Source: Bispira polyomma (Eukaryota). Taken from it: a stretch of DNA of 64,000 nucleotides. A program made the translations under genes and the position numbers. The notes beneath the pieces were generated by a model that saw only the letters and a program-made list of their open reading frames with translations, was not told the DNA's origin and did no database searches. The DNA lies in contig OZ287752.1 in assembly GCA_965649765.1 (NCBI GenBank), positions 21,142,001-21,206,000 on the forward strand. Reading direction: 5' to 3'. Positions 25,832-39,000 of the stretch are shown one piece after another; the stretch's first letter is position 1; every line of letters starts with the position of its first letter.

Positions 25832-26899
25832 TATAGCATTACTGATGTGGGGTTACGTGTTTTATAATTAGTAACAGTTGAGTTTTCATATTGTAATATC
25901 ACAGTTACTTTTAAAGACAAGCTGCTTAAAAATATGTATGGGGAAATGTTACTACTGTCAATCCTCAGGTAGGCAGAGCCTACACATTTCCTTTAAAGTA
26001 TTTGTTATTGGACAAATAAGCAGCCAATGATATGAAAGCTGTTCCACACTGGGGTCATGGATCTGCTCCTAAACACATGGGGCTATGTTTGCTTTTCACC
26101 ACAAAGTATGACAATAAATCATGTATGCCTTATTGCAAAAATATCACATGCCGGTAGCCTTCCTCTGCTATGTGCACTTACATTAAGTCCATTGACAAGG
26201 TTACTTCAGTGCCTCCCCCCCCGCCCTCATTTTTGCCTCTGTCCTTCCAATTTTTTTAAAGTTTGACTGGGGAATATTTTTGTAAAAAATGTATGTGTTA
26301 TTTATTATGGGGTGTATATAAGCTTACTAACATGTATAATAAAATTCTCAAACTCTTATGCCACAGGGTTCATCATCTTAATCTGATGCTTATAAGTAAC
26401 CTGTGACCTTCATTGACATCTGAGGTCAAACCACAATTACGTCCAAGTTTGGCCTTTTCTCACAAACTACATATGATTTGTTAAAAGGTTAAAGCATGTA
26501 TAACAGATATATAGAGGAAAATGGCCATAATAACACTTGATAACACACAACATGATTAATAATTGTGATTAAGCTTAAAATATTAAAAATATGAGATTAT
26601 GATGTGGGTAGATTACCTCAATATGGTTATACACTACCAACTTAAATGCAAAGTGACAAATCGAACTATGGCTTCATATTGACAAATACAGAACCACACA
26701 TAATAAAACCAACTAGTCAGACAGCCACACAACCCACATAACAGTTTGATGAACCCTGAGTTTTTACTAGTCGAGTGAGCTGAACAAGACCCACCCATAC
26801 AAGTAGATGGTCGACCAGCCATGCTTATCACATACCACACAGGCCACACAAACATGTGATTGAACAGACAAGCTGAACCGTAACATACTTTAAAAATAT

Positions 26900-28900
26900 A
26901 CAAGTTAAGGGGCAAATATACCTATCAGATTTTGCTTCCGTCTCAAACATCCGTTTCCATCACCCGAAAAAATTTAAATAAAATAAAATATACACCTGTA
27001 CCACGTCACCCCCGAATCTGAAACCAAATTTTAAAATCAGTTTTAAGGGGCAAATATACCTGTCCGATTTGACTAACATGAACCCTTTAGGGGGCCTGCT
27101 GTCTCAGTTCCTAATAACATTGTTCCTCTTTTTAAAAAAACTATTTTTTTTCCTACCTTCTGTCCATCACTCATTACCTATGATCTAATCACCAGTTAAT
27201 ACTGCATGATTTAGTGATTTTGACCCCTACACAGGCACCATTTTACACCCAGAAGTTGATGGGTAGACACACATACATTTTAACTTTTCCCCACCCACCT
27301 CTCCATCTTCTAATGCCTAGATAGCTCGCATGCCACTCCCAGCGGGTTCGAATCCGGGTCTGTGTGGTGCTGGTTCTCTGCTGGAACTACCCCCTGGTGT
27401 GCGCTACCAGGGAATTTAGTTCTGCAGTGAGAACCTTCATTGCTGGACGATTTGGTGCTGTAGGACACAGGTTCCAACCTCGGTTGTGGTTTTCGTTGGA
27501 GATGGCATATCTTACTATTAAATGCAAAATTCCTTTATACGCTTTCCAATCTCATCAAGTAGAGTCCTATGGATTCCTGAGACTGTGCATTTTACCTCTA
27601 GTGATGTACCAGGGGTTTATATGTAGTGTTGTGATTTAGATTTTGGCTTGGTGTGCTTTAAATGTTACTAGCAATACCCCTTTAGGGGGCCTGCTGTATC
27701 AGTTCCTAACCCCCCTTCCATTCCTTTTTTAAGGGCACTATTCTTGTTCCGTCTTCTGTCAATCCCTTATTAGCTATGAACCAATCACCTTTCACATGCG
27801 TCGTGATTTTCTGTTTGTGGTCCCCACACAGGCACTATTTTCCAACCAAGTGTTCAAGGGTAAACATCACATCTGAAAATTTTAAAAATTCCACCACCCT
27901 CCCCTCCACCAAGTACTGGGTCCTTGGTTCTATATTATCTTTGTGTTTCTTTATCCTTGTTACTTGTTTATGAGTTCGGGCCTGGGGCCGTGTGGAGGTC
28001 GGGGCGGGGGGGGGGGGGTGCTGTCTCCTGCTCGTATATGAGTGGGGCATCCTCCTGTTCCTCTGCTAGGCAATTTGGTGCCTTAGGTCCTTCGCCCTAT
28101 TCCTCATTAAATGGGATCCAGAGGATCTCTTTTATTTGGCAGTTACCTGTAATAATAATCGGAGTTACTTGCTTTGTTTTGGGCAAATGAGGTTTCCACA
28201 CTGCCACTGGGTTATTGGGGCTTAACCTCTTACGGGACAACTAAAGGGTTTCTATCATTACCCCTTGCTTCCATGACCTTATAGGTCAGTAATTTCTTTT
28301 ACTTGCCAGGGCTAGTCCCATTGTGGTGTTCTTTATTTTAGTTTTTTTATCTAACTTTGTTATCTGTAGTGTTTACTTTTACATGTTTATTACTACACTT
28401 ATGTCTGCTTTTGTGGGCTTTGTTTGTTATCCCATTGTGGGCTCATATTAAAATCTGATATTTTAAAACATTTTAATATACCTACCCTGTACATATATAC
28501 TAACCTGTACAGAATAAAATACCTCAAACTGTATTCTATTTCTCACTTAGTTTCCACTAAAAATTCCTCCATCCACTCTAACCTTCACCTTTGGGAACTG
28601 ACTACAATCTGTTTGGCCTTCAAGGTCACGTTTGTTTCATACTTCGGGCTAGTCCAGCTATGTGTCTTATACTGTTTGTTTTAGTTGTTTTATCCTGAAA
28701 CTTTTATTTTTTTTCTTTATATTGTAGTTGTTTGCTTATACACGCTTTCCTTACTACATTTATGTATGCTCTTGTGGGCTTTATCATCCCCTTGTGGGGC
28801 TTGTCTTAAAATCTCCTATCTTATGATATTTGAATATACCTTTTACATCCCCTATATATGTATATACTAACTTGTATAAAATAAAATACCTCAATGGATT
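26900..28900. repeat. Complex of local direct repeats and MITE-like ends
   Basis: ttaaggggcaaatatacct at ~26904 and ~27043; a ~220-bp duplicate (27083-27305 vs 27677-27910); a ~180-bp duplicate (28360-28540 vs 28720-28900). Confidence 0.6.
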
Positions 28901-30952
28901 CAATTAGGCTGGTCGACTGGTAGTGTTTCATATAAATATCTGTGAACTGGGCCCACCTGCGCAATAAGAGATAATTAACTATTAAGCTACCAGTCGCACA
29001 GGAAAAATAATACCTACTACCGAAGACAAATGGAAATTGACGAAGGAAAACACGGAAGTATACCATGTGTATGATGGACGATATAGCAATATTTTAGATA
29101 AAAAACAATACTTTTGGTAATGTAAACTTATTTGATGAATTATGCATCCATATAATATACTTATTCAAGCAAATATGTGTAATTATATTATTATTATTTT
29201 AATATAAAACGTAGCACATGGGTGTTCCAGAGTTAAAGATCACACACCGTTAAATATCCTTATATTGAAGTTAAGACTTCAGAGTGCTCTCTACTAAGAC
29301 CTATCAAAACCTAATATTTGCAAGGGAGTCACATGATTTATTTAGAAAGTTAACCAGCGAGATATGTATATAACTTTGGCACTTATCTTGTCTGAATATT
29401 GACCAGGCGAACAGTGAGAGAAACTTATCTTTCTTTTAGATTAAAGAAGATAAGTATCTTTTTTACCAGTCGAACAGCCTAAATGGCTGCATCTATGTGA
29501 ATACTTCACCAAAAACGTTTGTTTTGGTATCACCAGAAAGCGCTTATTATGTACTTAATGATATTTGTCTTATTATGTACGTAATGATACGCTCAATTAA
29601 AATAAATGGTTATAAAGATATTGTTAGTTAAAGTGTGTAAATGTCTTTTTAAAAGATATTTTTTTCAATATTGATTGCAATATTACATTATGAAATTATA
29701 ATTTGTTGAAAAAGTAATTTAAGGTAATTTGTTATATATAGTACTCATTCTATAATCTCTTCTAACAACTATGTGCTATACAAAACATACACAATATTAT
29801 TTACATTTGAACACTAGTAGTAAACTAAATCAGTACTAGAAAATCAGCCAGTTTTTCGGATGTAGTGTATCTGCAAATTCCAATGAAGGAAACGGACGTC
29901 AGATGAGGGATTCGGAAGCAAAATAGAACATATAACCGCCCCTTTAACTAACAAAATGGTACTGTAAAGCACCAAAAAAATAGCCCAGTGAATTATACCA
30001 GACTGAATCAATTGATAATTTTCTGAAAAAACTTTTTTATAAAATATCACTAAAAATAACAAAAGTTCAATAACAAAAGTATTACTTAAAAGTCAAAGGA
30101 GTTATAAAAAAACCATTCACATTAAGAAAAATTAGGTGTAAAATCAGTGCTGTACGTGGAGCAAAGGTTCATTCTGTAAAATGTCTACGTTACAGTTTAA
30201 TGGAGAATCTGTTAACACTGTGTTTTGTGGGATTTCCATGGGGAAATATATAATTATGTTGACACATGATTGGTAAAAATAATAGCATTATACCTGTACT
30301 ATTCTACTAAAAAAAAACCTTGTTTTGACGACACTGCTCAGTTTTTATACCTAGACTTCCACTACAACAAATCACAATGACCAGATTAAAGTTCCTTTCA
30401 AGTGTTTAATTTGGCTCTCAGTGAGAGGATTTTATATTCATAACACAATGTGCAATAATGTAAGACTCACACTATAATTTTTTAGTCATACAATAAAGTT
30501 TTATGCTATACACATTGGCTTTTGAAATTAAAATATAAACAAAATAGATTACTAAAGTACTTTTACTATTCCTTCTTTGCAACATACTTATATTGGTGCT
30601 ACCATTATTAGCAGATATAAAAAAATATCGCTAAATATTTCACAGGAAAATGGTGAACTATAAAATTGAATTCACATTAAAAAATATAAAGACAAATAGT
30701 ATAGACATATTATGGCATGTCAATGTCCAGTAACCAAGTTATATTGACTACACTTTATTGTTTCCTAAACCTGTCAGTCTCGAGGCAGATTGTTTAACAA
30801 CAATCATTGACAATAAGCAATGTTTGTATGTTGGTATCAGCCTGTCAGAATATGACGCTAATACCTCACATTTGTGTCCAATAGAATTTAGATTTCTTGA
30901 TGACTAAATGAAAATAAGAAATAAAGTGAATAATAGTTTAACTTTAGGATCC

Positions 30953-31155
30953 ATTGATTGATTGATTGATTGGGGTTGAACATCGGTTTCAACACATTGG
31001 CAGTTTTAGTGGTGGGAGAAAGCACTGTATACTTCTTGGTAAAGCTTGTGCACTGTAAGTGCCAACTTTCCCACGTAAAGCAACAGCCAAGATACGAACC
31101 AATAACCTCAGAGGTGGGAGGCAAGTGTGTTACCACTATGACAATGAGCCCCCTA
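30953..31155 (-). mobile_element. tRNA-derived SINE (second family) with (AATC)n tail
   Basis: Minus strand: tagtggtaacac A-box region, ggttcgtatc B box, gtgggaaagttggca core, 3' tgttgaaaccgatgttcaacccc(aatc)n. Confidence 0.75.
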
Positions 31156-33228
31156 TTTTAACTTGAAGAAGAATTTCTTTCCTTGTGATATTTACATAAC
31201 TACCCATTGGCACATGCAGAAAGTGAATATGCCGTAAAGGCATTTGTGTAGAAATAAGAAAAACAATATTGTAATGGTACAATTTATAGCGCTCAAAATT
31301 TCAATGGATTTTAAGGTAAACAAAAAATGACAACCTGAATTCAAATAGAATAATAAGTATTTAAGTGTGTAATTTTATTGATTACCCCGGTTTTTACTAC
31401 CCTCTTATAACAATATAGTTTGTAGGAGGTACTTCGACTGAATGAGGTAAATCAAGCATATGCGGCACAAAGTTCTCTTTGTATATTTAGAGCTCGAGGT
31501 GTACATTTTTTCTGTGTCCAAAAGTCTCCAATGTTATTGATAATGTCCATGCTTAGTCTTATTAATCGGTTCATAAATAAGTAATAATAAGTGTGGATAG
31601 TGTTTTATATATTTCTAAAGTGTTACATCTTTCTCTAATGATAGGACTATAGTTAGTGAAATATGTACACTAAACAGGTAAAGTTGAATACACATCACAA
31701 TACTAAGATACAGTGTAAAGTATATGAGGACATAATAACATGTTAACCATAGATGAGTACATAGTGTAACCTAACACAATTATGACAGCACTGACAACAC
31801 ATTTTAACATGTAACTAACACAATGGTTGTCAAAAGTAAGACATTGTTTATTATAATTACCCCCACAAACACCAGGGTCTTATGAACAAGTGTAAAATAA
31901 TGAAGGGCGGGAGGTTGAAAATGTTGTACGTCCACACAGTTCAAAACCACACAATGGCAATCTCCTGCCAACCTTAATTAAAGTAAACATCATAACTAAA
32001 CAGTAAATGCTAGGGGGCAACGGAACAGTACAAACTGACTGCAGTTGTCATGGGTGACCATTCCTACACACTTTGGAGAGATCTAAAAGCAACAAAATGA
32101 TTGTCAAACATAAATACAATGATGTAGAGTTGGTAAATAGGTAGAAGCTACATTGCTCTACAAACATGCATGATGTTATTCCAGACAGTATCAAAGCGCC
32201 CTATGGTATGAGATTAATTGCTTTGTAATCTAAAAAGCTAGAGTGTCAGCAAAGCATCTGAAAGTATAGGACCTACATGCTCCTTCTACAGTTTACTGGT
32301 GAACACAGTGTAGGCACCCTTGGCAGCCATCTATGTGTAGGTCATAGCATACACAGGGTTTCTAAGGTATATACAAGAATTTCATCATGGTTTTAATGTT
32401 GGGTGCACGCCGTATAATATTAGTGAACCACAGAAGGCACTGGTAAGACGTTAGGTCATTATATTCTAGACATTTTCAAGAGAACTTCTCCTGTACTATA
32501 ATATTGTCACATCTTTGTGTTGACGCTATGTACCACTTTTGGTTGTGTTAATAATAATCATTTTTGTGTGAAAATCAGAGTCTAGTTCCTGCCTCTGATT
32601 TCACAATTGCCTACCACATGTCTTTGCCCAAACCAAAATGAATAATTTAAATTTGGCCTGTGGATGTATTTGTATTGAATCTTGTTTTGATGTTTGACCC
32701 TGATACTCAATTGCAAGGTCATTTAGAGACCACAAGTTATCAAAATAAATCTTTTTTTACATTTTTCTGCAAAAAAGTCACAACATTAAAGCTTGAGTGT
32801 GGCAGCTTACCCCAGCCGACAGAAGGCAAAAAGGGTCATCATTACACATTGTGGTGGATTGGAAATTGTTGCAGCCCTTAGGCTTAATACTGTAATAACA
32901 GAAACATGTGTAGTGTTTTTTGGTAAAGGTCTGCTATTTGATTGGTTGCATATAAAATTCAGCTGACGTAACTAGTCAACCTGACGAACAATTGATGAAG
33001 TACACATAGAAGTGCCATATTTCCCAAAAAGAAATGTTGGTTTGGAACTAGTTAAATAAGATGAACTATATCATGGGTCTATATACAATCTAAGGACATC
33101 CTCTTAAGACAGTTGCTGGTTGACTTACACCACTTAAGTATAATAAAGTATTATTTTGAAAAACCCAATATGGTTCACTAATGAAGAGACATATACAACA
33201 GCTCATTAAAAATCCAATATTTATACCC

Positions 33229-34217
33229 GTTCTCCCAGATGCAAAATTGGAAAAGGTCATATGAAGGCAGATGGTAGGATGATGTTGAATGTAAATACAA
33301 ACTATGTTTGAGGATTTTATTTTTGTACATATTATCTTTGGTTTATATATATGTTCACATAATGGTTGAAAACAAGCATTAAAAAATTGTTACCAATCTT
33401 ATTGAAGTGAGTGTAAATATAAATAAATAATATTAATAACTAATATTTTCTTACGTTAAACTGAAAAGCTAACACCCTGCTAAAAGTGTTCATGTCGGCC
33501 ACCTTTTAGCCATAAACAGTCTATAAATCTGACATAGTTTGCATTGCATTATGTTCCTAATTATACTTAAATGTGCCATAAACATGAAGGAGTAGTGGCT
33601 CTAATTAGCAAATGATATCATTAAATAAACTTCTCATAACTTGAACTAAATCCATAGGTTATTCTCTAAACCAATTAACCAATTGCATGCCTAGCGTGTT
33701 AGAATTTGGTGCCCGAGACCTCTGGCACTTAGTTGCCTAGCAGAAGGAGCTTCAGCCCTTAAGAGCTCCTATTCCACTCTGGCACCTCTAAATGGTGTGC
33801 TCGATGAGAAGGAAAAGACCTACCCTCTACACCTAAACTCCAAACCCGAATCCCCTCTCGTAAGAACAATCAATATTCGAAACCAATGTCTACATAATAT
33901 AGTTGTGGTAAAGGGTGGTTGGCAATTTTCCTTCATGTTGCCCGGTTTAATGCAATTCCAATGTGAAGAACCCTAATGGTGTAGAATGATATACCAGTCA
34001 ATACTGCCACTGCAGATTTAGGTGCACTACAATTGTTAGGGCAACTAAAGCACCAGATACCTCAGGGGTCGTGCTGTATACAGTTCTCCCAGATGCAAAG
34101 TTGGTAAAGGTCAAAAGAAGGTCAGATGGTAGAATGATGACGGTGTAAATAAGAAATATGTTTGAAGATTTTATTTTTGTACATGTTAGCTTTGGAAAAT
34201 ATATATGTTTACATAAT
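33229..34217 (+). repeat. Pair of ~135-bp diverged direct repeats (33229-33363 and 34083-34217)
   Basis: gttctcccagatgcaaa.ttgg.aaaggtca...gattttatttttgtacat..tatatatgtt.acataat is present twice. Confidence 0.75.
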
Positions 34218-34509
34218 TTTTAGGGTACATTTTAAACACGCAAGCCAAACTACAAATGAGGGGAATGGGGGAGGCTTCCCCAGCTGTAACAATAAAGATT
34301 GAACAACAACATAACTCAAATAATAAAAAATAGGAAAAAATTTAAATTAATCATTTAGCTTATCTAAAAAGAAAGAAGTTTTTAATAAAATAAAATAAGT
34401 CTGGACCGGCCTGATCTTATTAGTATTTAAAATGTTAAAATTTCATCATCATTACATTATATATTACATTTCTTACTATATCTCTTACAACATAAATAAT
34501 GACAAAAGG

Positions 34510-34995
34510 ATGCTTCATCCTCATGGAACGCCACCAGATGTCCAGTTTGGCCAGGGTCTCATCGATCTTGCTCACCAGGAGGGACCACATCTGCTTCTAC
34601 GTTTGTATGTCTTTGTATTCTTTGAGGGCCTTTCTGTAACGGAACGGGTGGGCCTTCAGGAATTCTGCCATGGTGTCCTCAGTCTCATCCCACAGGTTAA
34701 CATGCGTCTTCGGCCTCCTCTTCCTCCGATGTGTGTTGGAAGGCCATCTTTATCAGCTTCCCCACCTCCCGCCAAACTCTCCAGTTCACTCTCAGACTGT
34801 GTCACAGAACTAGTCAGTGATTCCGAAGCACCAGCAGCAGCAAATTCAGCAGATAAAGGAACAAGTTATTCATGTTCCTCCTCCTTCTCATTCTCCTCCT
34901 CTATGACAGGTTCAGGCTCCTTGACCTCTGGTACCACAAGCTGAACCCTCTTCTGTTTCTTTTTCGACCTTACTCACAATGACTTTTGGAGACAT
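34510..34995 (-). pseudogene. MADF/Myb-SANT DNA-binding protein remnant (Harbinger second-ORF type)
   Basis: Acidic N-terminus from ATG 34995. After a frameshift: EDTMAEFLKAHPFRYRKALKEYKDIQT*KQMW..LDIWWRSMR, matching the MADF pattern. Confidence 0.65.
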
Positions 34996-36099
34996 ATTTT
35001 ATTCTCAATTAATTCTCAAAGAATAAAAAAATGAAAGCCTATATAATAATAACAATCTTTCAATAATTCTCAAAGCATAAACAAATTAAATCCTGTATTA
35101 TATCTCAACAAAAAAGTTGACACGATGACAAGAACTGAATTAAATGAATTTCTCTAAGATCTACAGCCTTTTATAGTAGAATCTGACACACAATAAGCAT
35201 GCTTGGATCGTGACACATAAGCAATAAATATGCTAGGTACGTATAACACAGTCACAAGATAGACAATTAATAGTGACACTAATTAAATATTTGACCGCCA
35301 TGAACCAAATGTATTCAAGGAAGCCACGTAGTAAGTAATAAATGGGTAATACACACAGCATTAAGCAAATATATGACCGCAATGTTTGCAGAAGGATCAC
35401 AATACTCACCCTCTGAAATTATAGGTAAGCGCTATACGAACTGGTACGTATAAGGTATGTATAGCATACACACGAGGATCACGGTCCCACAGCTGCTTTT
35501 TATCAAAGGAAATTATGCCACGTTATATGCTTATGCTCTAGGTATCTCAAAAGTGTGAAAAGCCACAAGAGTATAGTACGTTTAATGTGTATGACTGCGT
35601 ATGAGCTTGATACCCCCTGCTGAGTCACAAGTATTGCAGAAAGTTTTTTCTAAATTACCACAATGGCCTTGGAGATCCACTCTTACCCAGAATAACACAC
35701 TGAAATCATTGTGGGTGCAGTATTCTATCCAGGGATGTCTTGTCGTTGGTTTCTTAGGCTCCACCACATTATGTAATGGGTTTTCTTTGTTCTGCCCATC
35801 TGATCAATATATTCCCAGCTATATTTCCAATCATTTTGTTCAGTGATTAATAAAAAAATGCCATGTTTCTGAATGTGAACTAAGCATCTATTAACGCCTA
35901 AATTTTACAATAAAAGTGTATAACCGCAGGGTATATGTTGAAACTTATTCATCAATATTATTCACTCAGCTCTAAATTGAGTCACTTTTTTAATAGCTGC
36001 AAAAATAACCAGTTTACATTTGGGTATTATATGTTCGTAAAGCCTCAGAATAATGACAAACATTCCCTCTAACACTATTACTGCTATTGGTATTATAAT

Positions 36100-39000
36100 G
36101 GTGGGCTGATGCCTTGGCGACAGTCCCCTCAGTTCAGGTACCAGGCCGCTGGGAGGACAATTAGGTCACCAGGGTCGAGGGGCCACATATATAAGTGTTT
36201 GGCGCCAACAGACGCCATCATTAAAACTTTAGCATTACACAAAGTAACAGTGTTTTTCAAATTTTACATTATACAATTGCAATATGCCTAAAAACGAGTA
36301 TTCTTGTAGTGGGTGTCTTGTGAATCATGAACATCCTGTTGGTAAACGTTGTCGTTCAAACTTAGAGGACAGCTCCATCGAGGATGTGACCCCTGCTGAC
36401 CATGCTACTTCAGGTGATATATTCGATTCTGTATCCGGTCAAATACTACAGCAATTGTTAGTTTTAAACCAAAAACATGGGAAGCATGGATCAGTGGGTC
36501 CAGGTCACGGAGGCAGCACTGTGTCAACCCAGCACCAGTAAGGCACGTATAACTCTTTCTAAAACTAATGCTAGTGCTACCAATGTAGTTGAGCCAGTAG
36601 TTGAAAGAGTGGTCCCCTCTTAAGATTTCTTGAAAACAAATGAAAGTTTACAGTCCCAGGTTGACCAGCGTTTAGTCCAGCTGCAACAACTCAATGAGCT
36701 AGCAGGAGGTAAACTTAAATCTCAACGAGGTGGTGCCGATGCCCCTGTTAAGAAGGTTGTGGACTGGCCGCAAAATTTTGTGCTCTCAAGTGTCAAAAAG
36801 ACTAGGCTCACAGACGACCATTCAGAACAAAAAATTCCATAAGTACGGGAGGCTAGGTTAGACTACTTGGCAAATCTCATGGATGATGCCCATGACTTTT
36901 CTTAGGAGGCTGCCAAGGCCTTACACGGTATACTGCTCATAAACATGGAGCTTGACCGATTAAAGTGGACAGACGTGAAAAATGTCGACCGTATTCGCAG
37001 GGCTCATGCCCAGCGCCATATTGTTCCCAGTAATCGTGGATCTAGTTCATCTAAGGCAGCCAATGGCAAAAATAAAACTAAAAAACAGGGCGTCATCTGT
37101 AGGTTTTCCCAGGATGGAACTTGTAAGTTCAACGTTAACCACCATACTTCCGGCCAACTGTTTACACACTCCTGTAAAAATGGTGATGGGGTCATCAGAC
37201 AAAATTGTGTCCAAAAAAGGGGGCCTCAAAAAACTAGGTGATGATGGCCAAGGTCTGAGTTGGATGCAAATAGATATTGCAGTAAAGTATATTCTATGAC
37301 AGTTTACAACTCTGATTTCAAAGACTTTTGTGTGAAAAAAAGTGTTTTAAAAATTGTACATGTTCTTGTCAAATGCAGTCTTATAAAGAAGCTGTGGTAA
37401 AAGGGGAAAAATATTATTCCCATGTTTACAATAAAAAAACAGTTGTGGGCATCTTGAGAAAGCCCACAAGGGAAAACCCTATGTTGCCAAATGTGCTAAA
37501 AGTCGTGTGCATTCTTTCAAGTCAGGCCGTGATAAAACAATTAGCCATGTCAACAACGTCTCAATGAACTCGGGTAAAATAATTTTTCCTGTTAACACAG
37601 AAGCTGTCAACCCGGAGAAAGTGAGAAATCAAAACAATGGCTGTGCCTTTGTACTGCCACTTTACAATAGGTTTTCCTCACTAGAATTAGATGGGGGGAA
37701 TTAGATGATGGCCAAGGTGTTGCAAACACAATTAACAAACATGTCAAAAACTCTAGTGTCAACAAACGGGGTGTCAAAAAACCTAAGCAAATAAATTAAT
37801 TGGAATTAATTGAGGGTGACGATAAGTACGCCTTGAGGGTCCCCAAATGTTCTGATCAGAGACAAAGGTTAAACCAAGCAAAGGATTGTGCCATGTATAA
37901 ATTATGGGATGTGCAAAACTGTGGGAAGTTTGGATTCATTCCACTTACTCCCTGGGGGGTCCCAGTGTTGGACAACTCTAGTGATAGGTTGCCTGCACAC
38001 ACACTAACCCTGCACAAACGTCTTGCACTGGATGGACGTCCTAATTATAGGGGCCTCCAGTTGCCAGTCACCTCCCAGTTGAACGCTGTAGCATGGGCAG
38101 GTTACTTGCAGAACTATTGGGAATTCGAATAACCACTTTCAATTAAGTTTGGGTTCCCCTTAGATTATGATGTGAAAAGTGAGTTTAAGTCTGAGACAAA
38201 TAACCATTTCTCGGCTGTGCAATATCTGGAACAGATGTCTTATTATTTGTGTGAAGAATGTGAATTTAGGGCAACATATGGGCCTTTCCCTTCTCCACCA
38301 ATTGATAGGTTGTACACATCGCCCTTCATGATCCAGGATAAGTTGAGTTCCAGTAATTGTAGAGTGATAATTGACCTTAGTTGGACTCAGGGCCTCTCAG
38401 TTAATTCTGCTGTGTGTTCAAATTCCTACTTGAATAAAGAATTCTTGCTCACCTACTCGTCAATTGATACCATAACATCTCAAGTTATAGCCATTGGCAG
38501 AGGGTCATTAATTTTTTAAGCAAATATTAGTCGTGCATTGCGATACGTCAACATGGATCCCAAGGACATGAATTTATTAGGATTGTACTGGGATGGTTAC
38601 TATGTAGATGGGTCGCTCCCATTCGGGTACAAGCACGGATCCGCCATTTTCCAGTGAATTCCTGATGGTATTCGTTATATCATGAAAGGTAAAGGCCAAC
38701 ACATTATAAATTATATCGACGATCTATTGTGTTGCTTGACGTTGACAGAAATATATAAAACATACTACTAATTGCAGAAACTACTTTCAGAACTAGGTCT
38801 CACCTTCAGTGAGAAAAAACTCGTCCCTCCTGCAACTTAGGTAACGTGCTTATGGATTGATATAGACACTGTCGACTTCACCACCTCAATACAAAACGCA
38901 AAGCTCGCTAACATTTGAGCCATGTGTAATGCCTGGGCTGATAGGAAATTTTGTACAAAAAGTGAGTTGCAATGCTTATTGGGCTCACTCCTATACATGT

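Noticed and set aside
34432-34944. 170-aa plus-strand ORF
   Set aside because: It is the antisense shadow of the acidic MADF-type remnant on the minus strand.
35400-35850. Possible additional recombinase or coding remnant
   Set aside because: No ordered catalytic motifs were recoverable.
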